Shown: positions 24,030-37,609 of the stretch, piece by piece
How the letters are laid out: each line of letters opens with the position of its first letter
Numbering within the stretch: position 1 is the first letter of the stretch
From: Octopus bimaculoides
Lineage: Eukaryota
Length of the DNA stretch: 53,449 nucleotides
Direction of reading: 5' to 3'
NCBI RefSeq assembly: GCF_001194135.2
Contig: NC_068982.1
Location: forward strand, 120,615,469 to 120,668,917
Program-made: the position numbers and the translations under genes
The notes under the pieces: model-generated
What the model was told of the DNA's origin: nothing
The model's input: only the letters and a program-made list of their open reading frames with translations
Database searches by the model: none

Positions 24030-25720
24030 TGTACATTATCCACCAGGCGCCCAATCTGGTCGTGTATGTTTTTATACTCGTTCGCAGTCACTAAAGAACG
24101 TCCAGAGACAAGTAGGTCGATCATTTCTGAGTATGGTATAACCTACACTTTGAACCTGTTCTGTTTCTAATTATGTTTACTTGGTAATTGCGAATTGATA
24201 AAGATTGATGTTGAGCTGATGCGACAATAAACCCTTCAGTTGTTGGCTTTAACCGAGCACTCCCCAGACATTAATGGGTAAATAAGTCTGTCAACAACAG
24301 CTTCTTTGGTGCGTGCTAGTCATTGTTTATGTAAGGATTTATCTTTCCAGCGTTGTTTTGCTTGTTCAAAAGTCTTCTGTTTTGCTTTTCTTTCGATTAG
24401 TTTTGCAGCTTGGCTTCGTGGGGTTTACCTAGTTTAGATGTCCATATTATTTAAATTGAGATAGTTTTTCTAAGCTCTTTAGCCTCTTCTGTAATAGAGT
24501 ACTTTGACTTTTTAATTTTATAATTTTTTTTTTATTTACCAAAACCATCATCCATTCAGCTGAGGTATCACGGTATACTTCAAAAACGATCATAATTATC
24601 TTAAAGGACATTTCAAACGAAATGATCCCTTTGCCGCCTGCATTAATTAGTAGGGTGGTATAGACATTCAATATCAGCTTTGGGATAGCGCGTGTTAGGT
24701 GACGTGAGATATCTTCTGGTTTTCACATCCATCCTTTTGATGTCTTGGAAAGTCCAATTAATTATGTTGAAGCTATATGGAACAACTGGTATCTCTAGAC
24801 TATTCATTGCCTTAAATCAGTTTTGTGAGTTAACTCCGTATTAAAGATAATCCTTATTTTTCTGAACTCACTTTTAATCTCTTCTTTCACTTGAAAGTTT
24901 TGTATTCTACCATCTCTGTCGACACCAAGTTACTACTTACATGTTTCCTCTTTTTCAGGCTCCCTGATGGTGGCTTGTATATGAAGATCAGTGGAAGATA
25001 TGAAACTGATTCTATCTCTCTCGAGTGTTGTCTTTGTACATTTATCTAAACCAAAACCCATACCTGTATCATCACTAAAACTTTTTACAATGTTTACGCG
25101 TTTGGTTCACTGTTATTTTCAGCGTATGATTTTAAGTTGTCAATAGAGAAAAGTTGGTAATTATCTTGTTTTGTATTTTATATATTACTTTTGCATTATT
25201 GAGCTCAATAGATAAAGGAACGCAACATAAAGAAAAGAGAAGAGGCGAAATAGAATCTCCTTGAAAAATACTACGGTTATCCATTGCACCTTTTGATTAA
25301 CTTGTTCCTTTGTTACGACTAAGCATAAGCGTTGTGCTTCATGGAGCATGTTGTGCTCCATTAATTTCATAATTTCAGGCGAGTATCTATATATTTCTAA
25401 TGCCTGAATAATCCCAAACTGAGGTACTCTTTTGAAGGCCTTTCAATAATCAATCCATACGGTGCTTAGATTTCATTTCCTGTCATGAGATATTATTTTC
25501 AAGTATCATTTTGTTGATGAGAAGTTTGACTTTTTCAGTCATATGAACCTCTTTTACAGCCTTTTTGTTCAAGAGGAAATATATTATTTTGTAGAAATGT
25601 ATATATTTGTTTTCTTATGATGGACATAAGCAATTTATATGAAGTGGATAGGGAAGTGATAAGCCTATAATTCTTTGAGATATGGGTCTCGTCTGAATTC
25701 AAAAGAAAAAACTTCAACTG
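24030..25720 (-). mobile_element. R4/Dong-type LINE RT to zinc-knuckle pseudogene fragment
   Basis: Minus translations KNYRLITSLSTSYKLLMSII..NNIFPLEQKGCKRGSY; MGFGLDKC; YPKADIECLY; TEGFIVASAQHQSLSIRNYQ; IDLLVSGRSLVTANEYKNIHDQIG are typical of R4/Dong ORFs. Confidence 0.8.
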
Positions 25721-25984
25721 GAAACTTTGTTCGCTATGTAAAGTTCAATGTTTGTTTATAATATCTGTATATTTACAAATCACTATATATCATCTTATTA
25801 AATTGGTATCTAATGCGCAAATCTTATTTGTTGTAAAGAGCAGATGCGTCGTGATTTGATAAATATTGTTTCACCATATTTTAGTGAAGGGTTACTACAA
25901 AGCGCGAGATGGACGCTGGCAAGCTAATTACGCCTCGTCTCATTTTGTAGAGATGAAATCTTCAACGATGCCCGAAAGATTCGA

Positions 25985-26400
25985 GATATTATGGTACCCA
26001 GCATCTAGCAGTAGTATCTGTATCAATGTTTAAAAAGCGAATCGATTATTAAAAAACTGTAATGTGTTGCCATTTCTTGATTTTGATAAATCATAGAAAT
26101 CTGCTGTTAGACTTTCCCTGAAGTACAAGACAAGCAGAATAAAATGATGTAAATTCCTTTCTCTGTAGGATAGTAATCTAATTAAAGCGGCATAACTACA
26201 TTTGGTAAACAAAATGGATCTCGAAAATAACTCACTGATAACTAGTTCTGGATAAATATCGAGTTCTAAGTTTGGCACAAAGTTACCTATTATAAGGTAG
26301 GCGATATGATCAACTCCATTAAAGTAAGGGTACATCCTTGTTTTTAACGAACCCGCTGTGATGAAAAGCCAAATCAGTCCCGCAGATATTGCAACTATAA
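25985..26400 (-). mobile_element. Penelope-like RT C-terminal relic (IYP.EL / YDKRDDF-type lineage)
   Basis: ORF 26030..26335 DIYPELVISE...SYRERNLHHFILLVLYFRES...FNNRFAF*TLIQILLLDAGY aligns loosely with IYPxEL..LYDKRDDFxFxIVxFP..SNIP..F..R..L...LL.QGY. Confidence 0.45.
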
Positions 26401-28499
26401 AGAATCATAATATCACGAAAAGTTACCTTATCTGTTGCGGCATTGGTAAACTATTTAACTACGTGGTGAACACATTAGTGTTCGGAGTTGTACAGTATTT
26501 GCCATGCTTGTGTAAATCATACAATTGTGTGAACACAGACTAGAAATATACTATCGAGGTTACAAAAACACCACTGAAATTAAATTTCTAATTTGATACA
26601 TGTTCTTTTTCTTTTTTCTTTTAATTATTTATTCCGAGTTGGAGTGCAATATTCACGAGTCTTGCGGTCTTTCTCAGATTGATGAGAGTAACATTAGCTT
26701 GAACTTTTAGTTGACGTCAAAAGATTACGTGTGCAGAGAGGGAGTGTCAGACAATAAGGCATCAAGTGAAGCATTTAACGTGAGGAATTATACGAGGAGG
26801 TTGAATCAAATGAGAGGATTGTTATGTCACAATATGACATTTACTCACTTCTTGATAGCCTAAGTTTCATACCTATACAAAAAAAACTCCATTATTACCT
26901 CATATTTTGAATCATGAACTCAGTTATGTATGACTGACAAAAGAGAGTTCGGGATGATTTTAAATATTCGCAGCAGAACAAAAAAAAATAATAAAACTCC
27001 CTCTTTAATATTACAGTCAGTTGGTGAAATGGGTTACAATATAAGTAAATAAGATAATGACAGCCTCAGTTGATAATCATGAACAAGAAAATCAAATTCA
27101 CAAATGATTAACGACCATATATTAACCTAACAAAAAGAATATATTAAAAGCCCAAGTTTGCCGACATACATGTTTTACCTGTCAGCAGAAGTATATATAA
27201 AGACCAATGTGAAGTTTTTCGCTTCTGCAACTATTATATCTTGGAATTCCTTCACGTTACTCATTTTCTGTGTAACAGGAAGATTTGGGTATGTTCTGAA
27301 ATAAGCTAAAGAGCTTTAAAATTTTTGAATGCCTTTTATTGATATTCATTAGTTTCAGAAGAAGGAATTGGGTGAAGTGGAGAGGAAGGGAATCAGACGG
27401 AGAGAAAGACAGAAGTGTTGTTCTAGTCTCTATTCACTGATAAAAGCATGTTTGAGAAAACTAATCAGATTTAATAAGACCGAAGCATATCCGTAGAAGT
27501 CCCTTCGCTTAGTAGCAAAGATCAGTTTTTGCCCTTAAGCACGAAAATTTTATTTTCTACGGATTTAGATAAGTTCACTAAATTATCTACCCTGTTCTTA
27601 AAGAGCCTTTAAAAATTGACGAAAGGTTTATATTTTCCTTCTCCGATTAAGAGTCAAATTTCAATCAGGAACATTTTTGCATACGTCACTCAGTACACCA
27701 CCATCAACCTGAATTCCACCCATTATCCCTCGAGGTTTTCTCCTCAGCTCGCAGCTTATAAGATTTAATACTTGAGAGGCAATTTGTTCGAAAAATTGAG
27801 TTTAGACGATGGTAGAGCTGAAGGAATAGAGAACTCACTAAGAGTCTTACCTCGCAGTTATACACAGATGCCATTACCCTGTGAAACCACTCAAATTCCC
27901 CATCCCAGTAGTGACTTTCACAGTGGTTAGTCAATCTGCTAGGAAAAGCCGCTAGATTCCCTTCAAGCAACATTCTACCAACTTAAAAAAACTAATGACA
28001 ATTTTTAAGCTAGCTCTAGATACACTGTCTGGGAAAATGATGGGATGGTCATAGCTAGAAAAATTTAAGAATATGGTTATTCAGTCAAGGTTGACCAGGC
28101 CTAAACAAAAACAACCAACTGGCTGAACTGAACTACTGAATGTGAAGTGTCTTAATCATAGAAACAGTGATAATGTCAGGGATACGATAAGAGCGACAAA
28201 TCTTTCGCAACTTTTTTTTTCTCAACAACCACTAGTTTCTCCAGCATTTAGTTTTTATCAGGTGAACATGTGTCAAGTATTACCGTGAAAAGGTATTGAA
28301 TTGTAGACAGTTTGGGTGCTTGCTCGATACACTACCGACTCGGACACTCGAGCCTCTGTATAGATATCAGTGAAAACATAATGTAACGCTTAGGCCATGG
28401 GCTAATGGGAGTTATGGTGCACCCCCACTCCTTGTGATTTACTTTAATGGGTATTGTCATGTGGCCCTGGGTCTAACAAGTCAGAAAATTGATGTTGCC

Positions 28500-31400
28500 A
28501 GAAAAACACTGAGCTGGAAGATACCCCATGGACATATTAACCACGCCCACTTTTGACCATGCCCTCCCGGCTGGGGAGGATATGTTTCACTGACTGGAGA
28601 CGCTCCTGTACAACTGACAACCATTGAGTATTATCTGGTCATACCTCACCCAATCACAGACATTGGAGTCATACAGGAATGCCTAAAGTACTCATAAGCT
28701 TCACGAGAAGTTGGGCGGCATTTTGTCATCACTACATTTTACCTGAGAGTATGTATGAAAACGTTTCCGCTAGTATGGAGTAACACACGCCAGTATGAGG
28801 ACCACATCATCATGATTGGAACATTCCATCTAGCCTGTGGCTACCTTAAGATGTTGGGAAAGAAGACGAGTGAAACGAGATTCGCTGAAATCTTACTTGA
28901 AGCCAGTCTTACGACATCTGGGTCTTTGATGGGTGTCATTTCAGCCAAGAACTATGCACGCTCACCTAACTTCCATAAAATTCTAATGGAAGCCCTTGAC
29001 AGATTGGTGCTGGCTTGTTTTCTACAAAATCGGGATGAAGAAGTACCATTTAGAAAGCTACCGAAATCTTCCAGGGATTGTTTTGAGAGACTCGCAACAT
29101 TTCCCAGCAAGGAGACTAAAAATGCACCATTGAATGATCAGGAAATTTGTTCAAACATTGAGGAATATCTCCATTTCCGTGAGAACATTCGCTAAGGCCA
29201 ACACGGAAAGAGTGCTGCTCTTTGGATGTCATACATAGATCATGTTTGGCTGACAATGTGCCTTCTACAAGCTGTAAAGACAAACAACTTTACAGTAGAC
29301 GCACAGTACCTCTGCCTTATGCTTGACCTCTTCTTCAGCTTCGGAGGACACAACTATGCCCGGTACCTCACAATCTTTTTGATGTTTATTGCCAACATTG
29401 AACATTCTCATCCCGGTGCGGAGGAGCTGTTAAAGAGAGGTGTAATCAGTGTGGAGAGATCCTTTATTCCAGGAAATAGTTTGCTGTTGACAAGACAATC
29501 GAAGAAACTTATATGGAGCATGTAAAATCAAAAGATCGAAGTGGCTCGACTGGAACGAGCATTAGCAGTCTGCAAACAAACTACAGTGCCTATCAAAGAT
29601 GGACAAAGTCAGGTAAAGAACAAGCCTAATTCCGTCAGGCTACATTTTGTCTATCGGGAACGTCTGATGAAGAAAACAAAGGACCACAGCATCGAGATGT
29701 TGCGACCAACGAGAAACTTGTTTCAAGGATCATTGCAACTATCAAATGCTTCAACAACCATTTCGACATCCTAGATGATGGAAAGTTATACAATCTATCA
29801 TCTGGCGCTCCGGCTTCAGAAGTTGCGAAGGACGTCTTCACTGCTGTGACTGTTAGTAGCTCTAGCAAAGGAAGACTTTATGGAAAACGGACTAATGAAG
29901 AAAGATGGCTTCTTTGATTCTATTAAACGCCTAAATTTGAAAACCATGGCACACATGCACAAGTCCGTGAAACTCTCAACTTCTCAAAACAAAGCTGTCG
30001 AGTACAAGCAACAGGGAAATGTAGCATTTCACTCACTAGTGAAGTCTAAAGCATAGATTGATCGGAAACTTGTCCTTGAAAAACTGTTGACATACCCATT
30101 GACGCCTGTTCCATACAATATTGGATTGGCAGACGGATTTTTTAGCAAAAACAGACAAATCGAAAGGCTTCAAATATGTTGCGAAAGAATGAGATGGTAC
30201 ACAGTTACCTGATGCAAGACAAATCTTCATCATAGAGGATGGAAATGCAGTGTTCCATTGCTTGCGTGAGATTCCACAAACATTCGGGGAAATATCTCGT
30301 AAGGTGTTGGGATCTGTTCTTTACCTGTCACCTGTCATATTTATCGCTGACATGTACAAGGAAGACTCTATAAAAGGGGTGGAAAAAAACAGACGAGGTG
30401 TTGGAGACAAACTCATCCTGAGTGGTGAGAAAACAAAGCATCCGAAAGACTGGAAAGTCTTTCGTGCAAATGATGAGAATAAGACAGAGTTCATTCAGCT
30501 TTTGCTCTCAACTTGGAGAAGTGAGATGTCTGCCGATATTCTCACTGGAAATGAGGTGATACTGATATGTGAAGGAAAAGCTTACCAGATGACATCGGAT
30601 GAACAAACATTCTGTCAAGAAATACACTCTCTCGAATCTTGATAGGAAGAAACTGACACTTGTGTGAGCCTATATTGCATGTATGCCAAAGAACGAGGAT
30701 GCAAATCCGCTCGTGTGAGGAGTCCCGATTCAGACATATTTTTCATCTTACAGTACCATCCTAGATTCCTGGAAGGACTTCAAATTCTGTTTGAAACTGG
30801 AAAGGACAACACACGACGCTGTATTGATGCGACCAAGCTGGCTATGTCTTCCACGCGTGTTCTCTGTTCTGCACTGCTGGGTTATCATGCCTTCACTGAT
30901 TGTGATAGTACCAGTGTCTTCAAAGGGAAGGGGAAAATGAAGGGACTGAAAGTCTTTGAATCATTCTAGAAAGCTTTCTCCAAGTTAAGAGAGTCTTGGG
31001 AAGTCAAGAAGGTGATGAATGAACTGGAGAGGTTCACATGTGTGCTGTATAGTAACAAAGGGACAAAATAGGTGTATACATTGCGGTTCACAACCTTGCG
31101 AGCAAAGTGCAGTGAGAAGGATTATTTCACAAAATCTAAGCAATTCGATCTCGCTTCACTGCCCTCATCTAGAAACGTCCTCGAGCCACATGTTCGGCGA
31201 AGGACACTTCCAGACCAGGATTTGGAAGCTCGCGAATATTGTAAAGCCTTCAGTACCTAGACCAGATGAAGCACAAGGATGGGCAATGAAAGCTGGAATC
31301 ATGAAGCCGAAATGGATAGAGGATGAAGTGCTGCCTCGTGGTAGATATTCTGCAAGAACTTGAAGATGAAACTTGCGCATCAGATTCTGACCCTGATCGT

Positions 31401-32158
31401 GACAGTGAACTTAGTGAAAGTGATTTCCTAAACAGAGTAGTGAAAGTGGTTTCACTTGATAGTGATACTGAAAGTGATGGTGGTGATTATTTATCGGACA
31501 CTTGAAATGACTCATAAATGTATCTTTGAAAATTATGTGGCGTAGGTGGACGGTACGAAGTTCATTGCATTACAAAGTTAATAAAACTAAGAACAAATAT
31601 AACTGCTGTGAAAATGAAATACAATAAGGTAAGAATTAAGGTGAATGCTTACTGGAAATGTGTCAATTCAAATTTTAATGATCCGAAGGGTGCTCAGCTG
31701 AAATTTCTAACTCAACTTTAAAGCAAAAGGTACATCCATTGTTTTAATTCTGTGTATACACCTACCAGGAAGGAAGGTAATTGCCGCAACACTTGAAATG
31801 GATCTTATTTAAACTTGAGAGATAGAAGGTATTATATAAGCCGGCACTTGTTTCAATATTAGAATTATATGGTGCATTTCATAACGTCCATGTAAGATCT
31901 TTGTGTTTTTCATCACTGTTTGCAATTTTGTTGCAATTGTTTTCAAATTTAGTGTATATGGACTTAGTTTTGCATAATAATTATGAAAATGAAATTCATT
32001 TTTTTTTTATAAATCCATAATTAAAAAGTTATTAGCCGTTAAAATTTGGCAAAACTTTAGTATTTTAGCCAATCAGAAGCAAGCCAATCAGAAGTAAGTA
32101 TTTTACACATAAGATTGCATGGTGTTTGAGTTTTTGGAATTGTAAGGATCGTTACCTA
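28500..32158 (+). mobile_element. Academ-like (AcademX-type) DNA transposon, 5'-truncated, ending in CTA
   Basis: Fragmented ORFs 28500-31505: PGWGGYVS..LTTIEYY, ITTFYLRV (TFDL-like), MIGTFH, KNYAR, GGHNYARYL, LYNLSSG, VRSPDSD and XPG/H2TH-like GYHAFTDCDSTSVFKGKGK, LPSSRNVLEPHVRR. Long AT-rich subterminal region ends ...gttaccta at 32158; left TIR not found. Confidence 0.7.
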
Positions 32159-32392
32159 GAAATGAAGCCCTGCTGCTGTGGATTATGTGTGCTTACAGCT
32201 TATCTCTTACGGAACATTGGACAGTAAAATTAGATGTGAGATTAAAGGGATGACTTAACCATAGTTAACCCAAGAGAAAATCATAGGATCCTTGTGGATC
32301 GAAATTGAGACTGGCTTTCAACTCTTCCTTGATAGGAATGAATCCCATTTCTACTGTAAATATATTTTGGGAGGCGCATAAATACATTCTGT

Positions 32393-32625
32393 GAAGGCGC
32401 ATGGCTCAGTGATTAGAGTTTCGGGCTTACAACAGGCTGTAGAAATGGGTTGCGGCGTTACTGGTGTATCGGCCTTTGCCTTTCCCTTGAATAACATCGG
32501 TGGTGTGGAGAGGGGAGGCTGGTATGCATGGGCGACTGCTGGTCAACCATAAACAACGTTACCCGGATTTGTGCCTCGGGGGGTAACTTTCTAGGTACAA
32601 TTTTATGGTTATTCATGTCTTTACC
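32393..32625 (+). mobile_element. tRNA-derived SINE, family-3 head with alternative body
   Basis: ggcgcatggctcagtgattagag head; body ggcctttgcctttcccttgaataacatcgg...gcatgggcgactgctggtc is the reverse complement of 37050-37180. Confidence 0.75.
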
Positions 32626-33769
32626 CTCTTATATTTTGGTAGAAAAATAATCACTACAACACGATAAATATCTATCTTTTGCTTATTATAAAGACTTTCT
32701 GTTTGAGTTCAGTACAAAGAATAAGCACATATTGAAAGAATCGTTACAGTTTCAGTATTTATTACAATCATTTACGTTGTAATTCCAAATACCACCTGTA
32801 AACTTTGCCTTCAGTTTTCCAAGACGTCAACTATACTACGTGGAGTAAATAACTATATCTCGCCCATTATCGGCGTGGTAGAGTCATTTGAAGAGGTGAA
32901 TTTGTGCCACTGTTAGAAATTAATTTTTAATTCATGTCACAACGCTCGTACTTGTAAGTTCAATCCCCAGCATTGGTAGACTGACACCTTTCGCATGACT
33001 GACATCTTTCGTATTTTAACAAAATTGCTAATGTATTGAATATTATTTATCGTAGATCAATATCATCAATATCATTATTGCGTCTTTCTTTTAGAATATA
33101 GAGTGTGTGTGTGTGGACTGGGGAGTTTACTTGTGACTAATGAAGAAAATCGATGTAAATAATAAAGGGAAAAAGGTATCATATATNNNNNNNNNNNNNN
33201 NNNNNNNNNNNNNNNNNNNNNNNNNNNNNNNNNNNNNNNNNNNNNNNNNNNNNNNNNNNNNNNNNNNNNNNNNNNNNNNNNNNNNNNNNNNNNNNNNNNN
33301 NNNNNNNNNNNNNNNNNNNNNNNNNNNNNNNNNNNNNNNNNNNNNNNNNNNNNNNNNNNNNNNNNNNNNNNNNNNNNNNNNNNNNNNNNNNNNNNNNNNN
33401 NNNNNNNNNNNNNNNNNNNNNNNNNNNNNNNNNNNNNNNNNNNNNNNNNNNNNNNNNNNNNNNNNNNNNNNNNNNNNNNNNNNNNNNNNNNNNNNNNNNN
33501 NNNNNNNNNNNNNNNNNNNNNNNNNNNNNNNNNNNNNNNNNNNNNNNNNNNNNNNNNNNNNNNNNNNNNNNNNNNNNNNNNNNNNNNNNNNNNNNNNNNN
33601 NNNNNNNNNNNNNNNNNNNNNNNNNNNNNNNNNNNNNNNNNNNNNNNNNNNNNNNNNNNNNNNNNNNNNNNNNNNNNNNNNNNNNNTATATATATATATA
33701 TATATGCATGTATGTTTGTATGTATGTACATGTATGCATGTGCGTGTATGTGTCTTTCTGTCTATGTTT

Positions 33770-33975
33770 TCCCACCCCCATCACCACTCGACAACCAGCT
33801 TGTTGGTGTGTTTACGTGTCCGTAACATTAGCAGTTCAGCAAAAGGGCCCAATAGAATAAATACTAGGCTTTAAAAAGTAAGCCCTGGGGTCGATTTGTT
33901 CGACTAAAACTCTTCATGGTGGTGCTCCAGCATGGCCGCAGCCAAATGACTGAAACATGTAAAAGAATAAAAGAA
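33770..33975 (+). mobile_element. tRNA-derived SINE, family 2, 3' half
   Basis: gacaaccag...gtgtttacgtgtccgtaac...ggggtcgatttgttcgactaaa...ccagcatggccgcagccaaatgactgaaaca. Confidence 0.85.
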
Positions 33976-34081
33976 TACATATACACCTATACACACACAC
34001 ACGTATGTATGCATGTATGTATGTACGTATGTATGTATGTATAATAATCAATACAAAAAGTTACTCCGATATATTAATATC

Positions 34082-34271
34082 TTTTACTCTTTTACTCTTT
34101 TACTTGTTTCAGTCATTTGACTGCGGTCATGCTGGAGCACAGCCTTTAGTCGAGCAAATCGACCCCGGGACTTATTTTTTGTAAGCCTGGTACTTATTCT
34201 AAGTTACGGGGACATAAACACACCAGCATCGTTTGTCAAGCAATGCTAGGGGGACAAACACAGACACACAA

Positions 34272-34349
<78 letters not shown>

Positions 34350-34420
34350 GACGGGCTTCTTTCAGTTTCCATCTACCAAATCCACTCACAAGGCTTTGGT
34401 CGGCCCGAGGCTATAGTATT
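34082..34420 (-). mobile_element. tRNA-derived SINE, family 2
   Basis: Reverse complement of the family-2 body (tgtttcagtcatttgactgcgg...gacgggcttctttcagtttcc...cccgaggctatagta); tail-to-tail with the 33770 copy. Confidence 0.85.
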
Positions 34421-34477
34421 AGTGGCTCCTTTTTGGTATACATATATGTATGTATATATAAACATATATATATATAT

Positions 34478-34600
34478 ATACATACATACATACATACATA
34501 CATACATACATACATACATACATACATACATACATACATACATACATACATACATACATTCATACATACATACATACATTCATACATACATACATACATA
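34478..34600. repeat. (TACA)n microsatellite
   Basis: Long tetranucleotide run. Confidence 0.95.
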
Positions 34601-35731
34601 AATAGACACAGACACAGATATATGTATGTGTATGTGCGTGTATGCGTGTGTATCTAAGAGAGAAAGAGAGAGAGAAATAAGAGGTAGACTAGAATGTTAA
34701 GATAGAAAGAACAGAAGTAATGTTTGTTTGTTTATCCTTCTAAGCTTTTACTGGTCACCACGTTCAAAGATTTTAATAAACACCGGCTTGATACGGGTAC
34801 ACATGACAACAAAAGCGCTCAATCTCACTCACACGCGCACATATAAGATTTTTTTACATATACTTTCCCCTTCCCCCGTTTACCAAATGCCACTCACAAT
34901 GCATTGGGCAACAGTAAAAGACGCCTGACCAAGATCTTGCACAGCAGGATGGATTGCGGAACCGCATGGGTTTGAAGCAAACTTCGGAGAGGATGGATGC
35001 AAGAGAGAGAAAGAGACATATTAAAAGAAAGTATAAACATACCTTATATGTAAACATACGGAAAGGGTGTTGTCATCATACGAAAGAAGAAATTTCTATT
35101 TGTGATTCCGTTAGACTAGCTATGTCGGTTCATGGTCTCCACTGTGATTAGCGTGGGTTCGTGCGCCGATCTTGATTTCCACTGTACAGCCGTGGAGCGT
35201 GGGCTCAGTTGCAGTCACTGGTATAGTGTTGTCACCGGTGTTGTTAGAAAGTCCTTGCTCACTGTCCAACTGCTTCTTTTATAGTAGACCGAAAGAGAGG
35301 GAGAGAGAGAGGGGGGGGAAGAGCAGAGGGGAAGGAGGCGAATAGGTAGAGTACACTGAAGAGATGAAGTACACGAATTAATGGAGAATTGTTTAGGGTC
35401 CCATTGTAATGAGATTGATTTCTTTCGTCACATCAAGAATAATATAGGTCGGTTATTGTATGCGTGACAATTTCCTCTGGTTTTGTATATATACACAAAG
35501 GAGGAGAAAGAGAGAGAGAGCGAGAGAGGGAGAGAGAGGGAGAGAGAGTGAAAGGGAGAGAGAGTGAAAGGGAGAGATGTGTGTGTTGTATGTATGCGTA
35601 TATATGTGCGTGTGTGTGTGTGTGTGTGTGTGTATAAATGTATGTTTGTATTTATATATATATGTATATACTGTATATATATTTGTATGCCTATGTGTGT
35701 GCGCATATGTGTAGGAGTGTGTGTGTGTGTT

Positions 35732-35852
<121 letters not shown>

Positions 35853-36318
35853 AGTGCAGAAGGGCAGGAGGTAAGTAGACAGACAGACAGATATTTATAG
35901 TGTGTGTATGTACTAAAATGATTGTTGCAGGAGGCTATGCATATAAACAAAAGAAAACGTTGATGTGATTTCTGCAGGTTGTTCTTGTAGAATATCCACC
36001 TTAAGTGTCAAGCTGTGTGTGGCTAAGAATACCTGGCTTAACTACCCTACAACCCTACCACCATCCCGCACTACATACACCCATTAACCTGTCCATCCTA
36101 CTTACCTTAGCTGCCATCTAACCGGTGTTAACATCATGATCTGACAAACAACAAAACTAAGTTAATGTTAGAGTAACTGTGCTGCCACCTAGTTATAGTG
36201 CACACCTACATACGTACATATGTTTACCTATGTATTTATGTATGTATGTATGTATGTATATATGTATGTGTGTGAACAAAAACATGCGCATAAAAAATAT
36301 TTATCTACATATGCGTGC

Positions 36319-36361
<43 letters not shown>

Positions 36362-36920
36362 NNNNNNNNNNNNNNNNNNNNNNNNNNNNNNNNNNNNNNN
36401 NNNNNNNNNNNNNNNNNNNNNNNNNNNNNNNNNNNNNNNNNNNNNNNNNNNNNNNNNNNNNNNNNNNNNNNNNNNNNNNNNNNNNNNNNNNNNNNNNNNN
36501 NNNNNNNNNNNNNNNNNNNNNNNNNNNNNNNNNNNNNNNNNNNNNNNNNNNNNNNNNNNNNNNNNNNNNNNNNNNNNNNNNNNNNNNNNNNNNNNNNNNN
36601 NNNNNNNNNNNNNNNNNNNNNNNNNNNNNNNNNNNNNNNNNNNNNNNNNNNNNNNNNNNNNNNNNNNNNNNNNNNNNNNNNNNNNNNNNNNNNNNNNNNN
36701 NNNNNNNNNNNNNNNNNNNNNNNNNNNNNNNNNNNNNNNNNNNNNNNNNNNNNNNNNNNNNNNNNNNNNNNNNNNNNNNNNNNNNNNNNNNNNNNNNNNN
36801 NNNNNNNNNNNNNNNNNNNNNNNNNNNNNNNNNNNNNNNNNNNNNNNNNNNNNNNNNNNNNNNNNNNNNNNNNNNNNNNNNNNNNNNNNNNNNNNNNNNN
36901 NNNNNNNNNAATAATCATAC

Positions 36921-37020
36921 GCGTAGCTGTGTGGTAAGATGCTTTCCTCCCAACCACATTGTTTTGTGGTCAGTCCCACCGTGTAGTACCTTGGGCGAAT
37001 TATAAGAAACTCGGTCTGTA
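36921..37020 (+). mobile_element. Family-2 SINE head fragment
   Basis: gcgtagctgtgtggtaagatgctt...cagtcccaccgtgtagtaccttgggc. Confidence 0.7.
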
Positions 37021-37049
37021 TGGGGGGGGGGCTGCCTTGTGTGTGTATG

Positions 37050-37300
37050 TAAAGAGTAAAGAACCGCAGCTAGAAAGTTCCCCTCCGAGGTACCCGGTTG
37101 TCTACGGAAGACCAGCAGTTGCCCATGCATACCTTCTTCACGCCAGCGATGTTATCCAAGGGAAAGGCAAAGGCCGGTACAAAGTGACGTCGCAACTCAT
37201 TTCTGCAGCAACGTGAAATAAAGTGTCTAGCTCGAGAACACAGCCTGGTCCGGGAATCGAACTCACTACCTCATGATAGTGAGCCCGAACTTTAACCAGT
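37050..37300 (-). mobile_element. Family-3 SINE (same body as 32393-32625)
   Basis: Shares aacgtgaaataaagtgtc...ccgggaatcgaa with 4384-4631 and the ctagaaagttcccctccgagg body with 32393-32625. Confidence 0.75.
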
Positions 37301-37508
37301 GTGTGCGCGTGTGTATAAATGCATGTGTTTTTATGTGTGTATTGTGCTTTCTGTGTTACATTGTTTCCTGCGATTTTAATTATAGGATACTCTGTGGTAC
37401 ACTATGCCTCAAAAACAATGAAAATTACTCACGGCTGTAATGTCTTTGATCATAAAAGAGTTCACAGGAAACTAACATTGTTCTATTTTGCTCTGTGTCT
37501 GTATATGA

Positions 37509-37510
<2 letters not shown>

Positions 37511-37571
<61 letters not shown>

Positions 37572-37609
37572 TGGAGAGAGCGAGTGGAGAGAGCGAGTGG
37601 AGAGAGCGA
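37511..37609. repeat. (GA)n followed by a 13-bp tandem repeat (gagagagcgagtg)
   Basis: GA run, then three full units and one partial unit at 37561-37609. Confidence 0.9.

Noticed and set aside
32795-32910. Minus-strand exon-like segment with tttctaacag acceptor
   Set aside because: Stops in all three frames and a weak donor (gtggta).
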